64,000 bases of DNA. It comes from Marsupella aquatica (Eukaryota; Plantae; Marchantiophyta). A model generated the notes under the pieces. The model ran no database searches. It saw nothing but the letters and a program-made list of their open reading frames with translations, and was not told the origin of the DNA. Location of the stretch: NCBI GenBank assembly GCA_973895155.1, contig OZ316897.1:9199832-9263831 (forward strand), in the 5' to 3' direction. Below are positions 25,616 to 36,004 of the stretch, one piece after another; positions within the stretch are counted from its first letter, which is position 1, and every line of letters begins with the position of its first letter. A program made the position numbers and the translations under genes.

Positions 25616-25726
25616 TTAAAACATACTTTGCAATACCATAGTTTTTCTCATACAAGGTAAAGTGATGGATCTTTAGGGTTTTTACCTTGTATGAGAAAAA
25701 CTATGGTATTGGAAACTTGGTTTCAA
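25616..25726. other. Long hairpin: perfect 31-bp stem plus imperfect basal extension, 19-nt loop containing TTTAGGG; pre-miRNA-like or tiny foldback element
   Basis: caataccatagtttttctcatacaaggtaaa (25631-25661) is the exact reverse complement of 25681-25711. Loop gtgatggatctttagggtt. Confidence 0.8.
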
Positions 25727-25919
25727 ATAGCTTCAAATTCTTGTATGCCAGCAACTAACAAAACTGCCAATGCTGTACATGATACTAGTCTGAATGCTTG
25801 GATTTTGCTCAAACCCAAGGTAAGTTGCCTGAAACCTGGATCGGGCGTTGTGGGGAGTGCTCAAGCTTTGCTCAAGCCCACAGTGAGTCAACCTGGAACC
25901 TGGATTTCCAGGAGTGTGT

Positions 25920-26203
25920 TGTTAAGCATAGACAAAAATCACACATGACACATCCAACGCGCAAGTAGTCGACACAAGAGATACGTGGTTCACCACCTTG
26001 AGGTTACGTCCACAGAACCAGACAAGAGAGCTTTACTGAACTCTAAGTCATCGGCCATACCAAGTCTCCACAGTCTAAGCTATTATCATCTCTCAAGTGG
26101 TTCCGTAACAATTAGCCTTAGTTAACCTAACCACTTCTCCGACTACGGTTAGCCTAACTATGGTTATATATCATAACCCTAGACCTTGATTAAATACCTA
26201 ACA
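25920..26203 (-). mobile_element. Solo LTR of a copia subfamily related to the full-length element at 27654-34364
   Basis: TG...CA ends (tgttaagcatagac...cctaaca). Colinear blocks shared with the full-length LTRs: catccaacgc, agtcgacaca, gagatacgtggttcacc, tacgtccac, gagagctttactg, ccgtaacaat. Flanks tgtgt/tgtgc match 4/5 as a TSD. Confidence 0.85.
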
Positions 26204-26540
26204 TGTGCAAGGGAGAGTGGTGGATTGGGCGTGGAAAAGGCGAACAATGGCCCCTTTCGGTCCATCTTAGGTTAAGAAAAAAATGTCACCACAAATAAAC
26301 TCCGAGGATGTCTTCTTGGCACCCTCTTGTTTTTTTTGTGTGGGACTTGGTATTGAAATTTTTCCTCCATTCAAGACCAGACAATTGTTCAGCAACATTA
26401 TTGATCATTGATCCCCCTACAACAATTGTTTCGTGTGACTCGAGTCCCCCTTTTTGTGGTGGACTTCTTATTGAAAAGTTTTCTTCTCTTCAAGATCAGG
26501 TCCGTGATCAAACCAGCACTTTTGGTTTTTTTTCATTTTT

Positions 26541-26727
26541 AAAAGGGAGCACTTTGGCTATTGAAAAGGTTTGCCTCCCTCCATCTTTATGAAAAGCGGA
26601 GCACTTTGGTTATTGAAAAGGTTTGCCTCCCTCCATCTTTAGAAAAGCGGAGCACTTTCGTTATTGAAAGGGTTTGCCTCCCTCCATCTTTATGTAAAGC
26701 GGAGCACTTTTGGTTATTGAAAAGGTC
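26541..26727 (+). repeat. ~52-bp tandem repeat x3.5
   Basis: aaaagcggagcactttggttattgaaaaggtttgcctccctccatcttta repeated. Confidence 0.9.
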
Positions 26728-27653
26728 TGTCTGGAGCCTTGGACCCTCCAAGACCACGTTCCTGACCAGAGAGCACATTAGTCATTAAGAAAACCGACCA
26801 AATCTTATTTGTCTCCATAATTGTTTTTATTACATTTCGCCCTTACCAGATAGCACTTTTGTCTCCGTGTTTTTTACTGCACCTAATCCTGACGAAACAG
26901 CACTTTGGTTAGAAAAACATTTCACCAAATCTTCTGAGTCAGTTTGTCCCTGACTCAATTGCAATTTGGTCATTAAACGCATTCTCATCCTGACACAAGT
27001 CTCTTGGGTCATAAAAATGGGCCAAACGTTGTTTTCCTCTATATTGTTACTCTATACAGGATTTTCCACTACCCTCTCATCTGCCTAATGGACAGTGACC
27101 CTATAGAGGCTGGGCCCTTCTTTGGATTACCCATCCTATCCCAGCTGGGATCCCAGCCCCCTTTGTTGTCTGCCCTTTCTGGGAATTCCTTATACCTTTT
27201 GCTTGGGCCATTGTATTAGACACTCTTGTAGACCATCCACTCCCCACCTTCTCCCCCCCCCCCCCACGCCCTCCCCTCTTATTGGCTTAAGAGCCTTCCT
27301 CTCTGCCTTTGTCTCCTTTGTACCCCATATCATTTGTTTCATCTCCCCAACCATGTGACCTCAACCGTCCTCCCGCATGTGCTCAAATTTTCATGTGTGG
27401 TCTTTGTGGAGCTTAACAAGACTTTTCAGTTTCGTTTGCTGCTTAGTAGGGTTTTAGTTCCTTTGGCATGAACTAATAACATGTTGCCCCTAAATGTGAT
27501 GCCCCAAAATTGGATTGAAATGCTCCCAAATGTCTTCCATTGCATCCATTCAAATGATGCTATTTTCTACCCTTGTAATCATATGCTTCCCAAAGCGGGG
27601 TAGAGTATGAGCAGGATTGGGTGTAGGTATTGTGGTGATGTTTCTACTGCATT

Positions 27654-27997
27654 TGTTGAGCATAGACGACAATCGCAACGGCAAGCCCATGAACCATCCA
27701 ACGCACAAGAGTCGACACAGAGAGATACGTGGTTCACCTCCTTATGAGGCTACGTCCACGGGAACACACGAGAGCTTTACTGCACTCTAGGCCGATCGCC
27801 ATTCCAAGCATCCACAGCGCAAGCTCTCTCTATCTCTCAACTAGCTCCGTAACAATGAGCCTGAGTTCCCCCTCACCAAGCAAACACCGCTTGGTTATAG
27901 AGTGTGCACAACATGACTAACCTAACCAAGTCTACAACTAAGGTTAGCCTTAACTACGGTACAGTCGTAACTCTAGACCTAAGAGTAAATCCTAACA
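27654..27997 (-). repeat. 3' LTR of the copia element (344 bp)
   Basis: Differs from 34023-34364 by 5 substitutions and one 2-bp indel; adjacent to the PPT. Confidence 0.95.
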
Positions 27998-28013
27998 ATT
28001 TCCTCCTTGACTC
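27998..28013 (-). other. Polypurine tract
   Basis: Minus strand reads gagtcaaggaggaaat immediately before the 3' LTR. Confidence 0.85.
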
Positions 28014-28188
28014 TGGTCTAGGGGAGGATAAAGACTGCTACCAATATGATTGCTTAGCGGGAAGTTCTGGAAAGAAAAACCAAACCGGTTTTTCCCTCTT
28101 TATACGAGAGTAGACAAGAACTAAGTCGTAGCCTATACAAGGAATGAGCAAGAGCATATCTCAGTATCTACACAAATGTTAAGTAACC

Positions 28189-31100
28189 CTACTTGTGAGG
28201 CAATTGCAAAACCTACAACGCATCACGGTGTCTAGAAAAACTCTCCAAAGGAATCACTTTGGTAAAAGCGTCAGTCGAGTTGAGTTTACCGTCAATCTTG
28301 ACTAGCTCAAACATATTATCAGACACAGCTTGCCTGATAAAATGATACCTGACGTCAATGTGCTTCACTCTGCTGTCCATCACCTAGTTCACAACAAGGT
28401 GAAGCGCACTCTGACTATCACAATGGAGCTTCACATTCCCCTGTGGCAATCCCATCTCAGTGATCAGTCTATCCAACCAAATCGCTTCCTTTGCTGCTTC
28501 CGCTGCTGCAACATACTCCGCTTCTGTAGTAGACTGAGCAATACACTTCTGCAAAGTAGACCTCCAACTTATGCATCCACCTCCCAGTGTGAACACATAA
28601 CCTGTTGTTGACCTCCTCCGATCTAGATCCTGTGCATAGTCAGCATCTACATAGCCCATCAATGATCTAGCATTATCAGCATGTGCATCAAACAATAGAC
28701 CATGATCCACGGTACCCTTCAAATACCAAATAATCCACTTCACTACTTCCCAGTGTACCTTCCCTGGATTCGACATGTACCTGCTCACCTTGCCCATAGC
28801 CATGGCAAGATCAGGTCTAGTACAAGTCATCAAATACATGAGACTCCCCACTGCCTTGTCATACAGAATCTTTGACATCAACCCCTTCTCTGTGTCATCC
28901 GTAGGACAGAAAGCTGATGACAACTTGAAGTGTGGAGCCAACGGGGTACTTACTGGCTTGCTATCCCCCATGTTGAACCTTGCAATTACCTTCCTCGCAT
29001 AACTGCTCTGCGTCAACCATAGCTTACCAGCCTTCAAGTCCCTAGTGATCTCCATACCCAAAATTCTCTTAGTTGGCCCTAAGTCCTTCATCTTAAACTC
29101 TGCACTAAGCAGTGCCTTGAGCTTAACAATCTCAGACCTATCCTTGGCCGCAATAAGCATGTCATCCACATAAAGTACTAAAACAATGAACCCAAAAACG
29201 ACATTTTTCACCGGTTTAAGATACACACATGGGTCAAACACACTCCTGTGAAAGCCTTGTGCACGGATCCAATCATCAAACCGCTTATTCCACTGTCTTG
29301 GTGACTGCTTCAACCCGTACAAGGATCTCAACAATCTGCAAACCAAATCCTTTTGCCCTTTATTCACAAAACCTAGCGGCTGTCTCATGAAGATCACCTC
29401 TTCCAAGGTGCCATAGAGGAAAGTTGTGACAACATCCATCTGATCTAGCAGCAGACCAAACATAACAACAAGCACACATAATAGCCGTATTGTTGAGTAC
29501 TGGTGAGAAGACCTCATTGTAATCCACACATTTTTTCTGTGTGAATCCCTTGGCTACCAACCTAGCCTTGTAGACCTTCGATCCACCTCCTATAGACTGA
29601 TCCTTCAGCTTGTATATCCACTTGCTGTCCACCACTTGCTGTCCCTCAGGCAGCTTGACAAGCTCCCAAGTTTTGTTGTCCTTCAGTGACTGCATCTCCA
29701 TTTGCATTGCTACAGTCCACTCCTGCTTCTCCTTTGAAGCACTTGCTTCATGAAATGAAGAAGGTTCCCCTTCTTCCAAAATCAACGCATCACCCTCATC
29801 ATCAGTAACAAAGTCCTCCTCTTGCAACTGAGATGAATCAACCCACTGTCCATACCTTGGTGGAGCGCGTACAGTGCGACCAGATGTTCTTCTAGCCGAT
29901 GACTCCGGTTGATCTACATGTGCTGGTACAATTTGAAGCTCAGTAGCATCCACTTGCTGCTCACCAGCATCAACAAACTCCTCTGGTTCCTCTAGCACAG
30001 GAACCAACTCCATAATTGGAGCAACTCCTTCTCTCCGGTCATTCACCTCATGACCAATCTCCCCCTCAACGAGATCCGAGATAGGAGATTTTCCTTTGTC
30101 ACTACGGGAGACCTGAGTATTCTCCCCCTCCTTCAATAATCTAGATTCATTGAAGGAAACATCCCTACTGACAATGAGCTTACAGGCAATAGGATCCCAT
30201 AGCCTATAGGCTTTCACACCACTCTGGTACCCAAGAACAACACATTTCTTGGAGGTAGGATCCAACTTGGTCCTATTCTGCTTCGGTGTGAGAGCATATG
30301 CATCACTTCCAAAAACTACCAAGCCATGATAGTCTGCTTGCCGCTTATAGCGCATCTCAAATGGCGTTTTGAAATTGATAGCACTAGAAGGAGAAAAATT
30401 TACCAAATAAGCTGCGGTATTCACAGCTTCTGCCCAAAATTCCTGTGGTAAACCTGATTGGCTCAACATACTCCGTGACCGCTCCAATAGTGTCTGATTG
30501 AGCCTCTCAGCGACACCATTCTGCTGCGGAGTATAAACTATGGTGAGATGGCGAGTTATCCTCTGTTCTGAATAGTACTCTTCAAATTCTATTGAAGTGT
30601 ACTCCCCGCCGTTGTCTGACCTCAGACTCTTCACCCTTGTATCCAAACACTTGACTGTGTTTTCAGTCTGATTCTCCACCTAGGCCTTCCACTTCTTAAA
30701 AATGGATAAGACATCAGACTTATGCATCATGAAGTAAATCCACACAAATCTTGAGTAATCGTCAATAAATGATACATAGTACAACTTTCCAGAATGTGAG
30801 GGAGTCAGGGATGGACCCCATACGTCACTATGTATGTACTCAAGAACCGCTTTGGAACGATGAGTTCCAACATCGAAAGCACGATGATGCTGCTTTCCAA
30901 GAATGCAATGCTCACAGAACTCTAATTTACAAGATTGCAAATCAGAAATGAGTCCATTCTTCCGTAAGATAGCCAAACCCTTCTCACTCATGTGGCCTAA
31001 CCGTGAAAGCCACAGTTGAGTCATCTCCTCGTGATATTTGGTTACATTGGCCTCTCCACATACAGTATTGCCCTATAACACATAAAAATTCTTCTGTCTA

Positions 31101-32490
31101 CTCCCCTTCAAAATCACTGTCTCTCCCGACCTGACTTGAAGTTCACCATCAATCTCCATTGATGACCATTTGAATCCAACACACCGAGTGAAATCAGATT
31201 CTTACGCATGTCAGGTACATACCTGACTCCGGACACTGTGCGCACAACGTCATCAAACATTTGAATCTTCACAGACCCAATTCCCTCAATTTGACAGGAG
31301 TGATCATTTCCCATCAGAACTGAACCGTTTGAAATAGAGTAAGAACTGAAAAACTCACGAATATAACAAATATAAAAAGAGCAAGCACAATCAAGAATCC
31401 ATACATCATCTGCTCCCCTAGATGACGTGCACAGGGCATACCCCCGACTTCATAAAACATACCCATCATTGAGTAAATCAGCTTCTCCATCAGCCCTAGC
31501 CACATTTGCCGATGAAGATTCCGCTGCCTTTCCCTTACAGTCTCGCTTGAAGTGTCCAACTTGGTTGCACTTCCAACATGTCACCTGCCTCCTCTGAGGG
31601 GATTTACCCCTGGACTTAGATCTGGATTTAGATCTAAACTGGGTTTTATGGTCTCCAGTTGGTCGCTACATACTCCTCCCATGGTTAACATTGAGGGCAG
31701 CACCAGATGATGAAGGCTGTGATGTGATGTGCATCTTCTGCTGAAGATCATCACTAAGCAGAGAACTTACCACATCACTGTATGAAATGGTATCCCTATC
31801 ACGATGCAACAACACTCGTGATAGGGACTGGCAAGATGGAGGCAATGAACTGAGAAGCTGCAGAGCCTTCGTCTCATCATTCAAAGTCTCCCCAAGATTT
31901 TCCAAGTCAACGACCATGTCGTTGAAAGCATCCACATGGTCTTGTAACTTTGGACCAGATTCCTTCATCTTGAAACTCATCAGTTTGTAGGAAGTGTAGA
32001 GCCGGTTCGACAACTCCTTGCGGTGATACTTGCTCTGCAATTCCGCAAACAAGGACATGCAATCCTTATATGCACCCAACTGCTTGATGATCGGAGGCAT
32101 GAGATAGAGTGTAACACACCACACTCCCTGCTCCTGCATGCGGTCCCATTGTTTCTCATCAACATCGTCCTCACGAGGGCTCAGCAGTTGGCCCATCCCT
32201 GACGCATAGAGCACTCCCTTCACCTGCTTCTCCCATAGCAAGTAGTCAGAGCGCCCATCATACTTTGTCACTTTATACTTGGGTCCCCCAAGCTTGAAAG
32301 TCCCCATCTTCTTCTTTGGCACTACTGTGAGCTCCAGTAGTAGTACTGCTTCCTCCACCACACGCCGCACCAGTGATGGTACTGGTGTCACGTGCTCTTC
32401 CTCCTGCTCCTCTCTCTGCCCCTCAAACCGCCGCGGTGATCCTCCTACTTCAAGTTCCACGTCTTCAAAAAACTCCTCCGAATCACTCAT
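28189..32490 (-). pseudogene. Disrupted copia gag-pol polyprotein
   Basis: Gag KYDGRSDYLLW; zinc knuckle CWKCNQVGHFKRDC; protease WILD; pre-integrase LWLSRLGH; integrase HSDVWGP / SDNGGEY / PQQNGVAER; RT YKARLVAKGF, LYGLKQSPRQW, LYVDDM; RNaseH GYVDADYA, STTEAEY, KHIDVRYHF. In-frame TAG stops at 31666, 31073, 30680 and 28384, plus frameshifts. Confidence 0.95.
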
Positions 32491-34008
32491 ATGAGAAAAT
32501 CACAAAAAATGCCATTTTTCACATCTTCTCAAAAAACTTGAAACTCAACACCGCCGCATAGCCCACAAAGCTAGGAGTCCAATACTGAAAACCGAAATGA
32601 AAATTGAAATTTGACGGAAAAGTTATTCAAATTTTGGTCGGGGTAGGTAAAACCTTGGGAAACTCCCCCGTTTTGACCACCTCAAGGAATAACCAAAATA
32701 CCAAGTACAACTCGTCGTCGGAATCGCGATGTGATCGGTGCGCCGCATTGCCAACTTCAATGGCTACGACCTCGCCAAAAAAGAACGAAAAAAGTTACCG
32801 TTCGGCAGACGGAATCTTTGTCGGATGGCCAAAAAACAACTCTCTATTTTTCGGGAATATTATCGCACAGTTCGACAGGTCTCACAAGGGGCCGTTCCCC
32901 CTGTCTAAGCGGTTAAAATGGAGGGTCACAGGGCCCGGGATGCGGCACAACCAATGAGGAGGAGAAAAAAAATTCAGAAAAAAACACTTTAAAGGGGTCT
33001 TAAATTCCCTGGAAAAGGCGCACGTATTCGCGGCCACGCGCGCATATTCGCGACCAGAATCGCGTATAAACTGCCAAAATACGTGAAAAACTGGGTTTAA
33101 AGGGGTCAAAACACGCGTATTTTTGTGTATTCGGGCCGTATAAGGGTGTTTTGGGCTGTATTTTCACCAGAAAAAGCACATTTTTGCGCTGAAAGGGGTG
33201 TGGGAGGCCGGGGCGCATGCCTGGGCATATGGCGAAGTAGGTTTGTCGGGATTTGAAGGTATACAGGCCATATGGGGGCAAAAAAATGCCCTAAACTAAC
33301 CTTAAAATGTGCCAAAAAATGACACAAAGGCCATGTTACAAACCTCAGCTGCCTCCGCTTCGGTTTCCAATGAGAAAAGTGATGATCGCCGACATGAAAT
33401 GTTGCCGAATTGCACCGGCACATCTGCAGCTCCCCCAGAGAAGAGAAAACCTCCGCCGTGTCTTACTCTCTCCGCGTCAAGGGCCAATCCTAGACTCAAA
33501 ATGATCGCCTCACCACGATCTCTCCGTTGAGCCTCAGCACTTCGCGTTTCTTCCTCCGAGTCAAGCGTCACAATGAGTAATCCGGTTCAGGGAAAAACAA
33601 GCACCATAGCTTGTCAAAAAACCAGAACTCAACTTTCACTCGTCACGATGCACTCGCTCCACAAATGCCAGCAAACCAGGTACCAAAACGACCAGCTCGC
33701 TTCAACCTTCAACTTGAGCTATAACATGCGATGCCTCCCGCACCGCACAGCTCACACCGTTGAAAAAACAATCTCTGGTCTCTCCTCCGAAATCCCGTCG
33801 AACACGAAAAAACCCTGAACAACGCAAACTCAATTCCTGTGCACCACGGATACCGATCAGCGAGTTCTAACCACCGTTAGAAAGCTCTCTCACTAACCTA
33901 TTCGCTCAGCCACACACATTCGAGTTTCATGCGACGAAACCCCGAATGCAACACCAACAATGAATGCTGGAAAACCATCACAAAAAAACCTCGTCACCTC
34001 CCAGGCAT

Positions 34009-34020
34009 GCTCTGATACCA
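34009..34020 (-). other. Primer binding site complementary to the 3' end of tRNA-iMet
   Basis: Minus strand reads tggtatcagagc, 2 nt from the 5' LTR. Confidence 0.92.
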
Positions 34021-34022
34021 AT

Positions 34023-34364
34023 TGTTGAGCATAGATGACAATCGCAACGGCAAGCCCATGAACCATCCAACGCACAAGAGTCGACACAGAGATACGTGGT
34101 TCACCTCCTTATGAGGCTACGTCCACGGGAACACACGAGAGCTTTACTGCACTCTAGGCCGATCGCCATTCCAAGCATCCACAGCGCAAGCTCTCTCTAT
34201 CTCTCAACTAGCTCCGTAACAATGAGCCTGAGTTCCCCCTCACCAAACAAACACCGTTTGGTTATAGAGTGTGCACAACATGACTAACCTAACCAAGTCT
34301 ACAACTAAGGTTATCCTTAATTACGGTACAGTCGTAACTCTAGACCTAAGAGTAAATCCTAACA
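34023..34364 (-). repeat. 5' LTR of the copia element (342 bp)
   Basis: tgttgagcatag...cctaaca; adjacent to the PBS and followed by TSD gcatt. Confidence 0.95.
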
Positions 34365-35983
34365 GCATTGCCCTACAAAAAATGCAAGTGGTGTCATGCT
34401 GATTTGTTTTCACAATTAGTGGCCATTCTTAGTAGGATTGTGTCCAGGCATAATGTTTAGATGTGAGGGTAATTCCATAGCTTATGTGACACTTTATACC
34501 TGTAAAGACTTTCGTGACTTTTCTCTTTGTATATGTGAGTGCATTAATTCTCCATAATGCACCCCTTTTTTTGAGGAGGGGATTATACAAAAATGTAGTA
34601 AAAGTAAAAATTAAATATATTTTTACCATACCAAAAATAAAATAAAAATTAGTCAAGATCTCAAGATGATAACCAAATCTTATATGGTGATACTAAAAAA
34701 TCTATGGATAAAATCTAATATAACTAAAGGACTTATATTTTATTTCAAGGAAAGAATGTATATTTTTGGCCAATTCCATAGCAACCATTTCTTGGATGAC
34801 CCTTTAATTCAAATTTTTTATTTCAAGGATTCACTTTTTCTTGTTTGTCATCTAAAAGTCACTCAAGTTTTTATGTACATTAATGTCACTCGTTTTTCAG
34901 GGCATCATATACACAATGCCCTCTAACCAGGACATTATCCTATTCATAATTCATAATCAATGCTAGAGTGAGGGTTATTCTATAATACACGTTAGAATAG
35001 AAATATCAAAATTAACAGACCACAATCTCCTGTTCACGTTTGGGACTGACATCTAAAGTGTACCAGACCCGTGACCAAACTCACCTGGTCAATAGGCTGA
35101 ACAATATGGGGCACAATACAGTTTCAAGTATGTTTCTACAATATACTTACCCATAGTACTCTCTGGGGCCATTTTAGGGCCCCATAGCTTCAAGTGACCT
35201 TGATGCAACCAATAAGTAGATGCACAAGGTGCGTTGGCATATTTTAGTCCATCCTTTCTTCGGTCCACTGGGTGGCAGAGTGACAGTGGAAGACTATGGC
35301 ATATGGCTGCAAGGTTACCATATGTAACAATCATAACCAGACTTCTGGAAACAGGGCAAAATGCGACAGAATAATAATGGAAGGCTAGGATGTATGGCTG
35401 CAAGGGTACCATATGTAACAATCATAACCTGACCCATGTCCAGTGAACAAAGATGCTTTGGTCAGAAGAAACTCAATAAATCTTCTTCTGTCCCCCCATC
35501 CTTCTCAGGGCTATCCTGCCATTTTCACCTTTGTCATGCTGTACTTTGTACCATCGTAGCTTTCAATGCTGTACTCTGTCCGTTTTAGCACTGTAACATT
35601 GTGTATTCTTGCTACCTAAGTGCACCTGAAAACATGAAAAGGGGGCTTATACACACGGAGACTTTAGGTAATTGCAAATGTGACAAGGACAAATAAATAA
35701 ACAAGTTTGGGATGCTACAAAAAGAAAATTGAAAAGTGACATATTTTTTTACTTATGGAGACAGTTTTCATGCGATAGTGTTGATCATTATGTTTTTGTT
35801 TTGTGCATCTCCTTAATGCACAAAAGTGAGTATTAAACTTTAGCTTTTTTGGTTCTAGTAACATAACATATTTGGGTGGGTTTTCTGGGTTGTGCACTTT
35901 TGCAATTCATATGAACAAAGCTACATACACTTTTTACCTTAATTATTATCATAACTTATATAGTCTCCCTGCATAAATAGTAT

Positions 35984-36004
35984 CACACACACACACACAC
36001 ACAC
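35984..36004 (+). repeat. (CA)n microsatellite
   Basis: About 10 CA units. Confidence 0.9.

Larger units (their letters stand above)
27654..34364 (-). mobile_element. Full-length Ty1/copia LTR retrotransposon (Tnt1/Tork-like), 6711 bp, defective
   Basis: Two TG..CA LTRs, perfect 5-bp TSD gcatt (27649-27653 and 34365-34369), tRNA-iMet PBS, PPT, and gag-PR-IN-RT-RH domain order. Confidence 0.97.

Noticed and set aside
26541-26727. CRISPR-like regular repeats
   Set aside because: Units are contiguous with no unique spacers, there are no cas genes, and the context is eukaryotic.
27729-27920. Identical 63-aa ORFs at 27729 and 34096
   Set aside because: Antisense translations of the two LTRs, with GTG starts.
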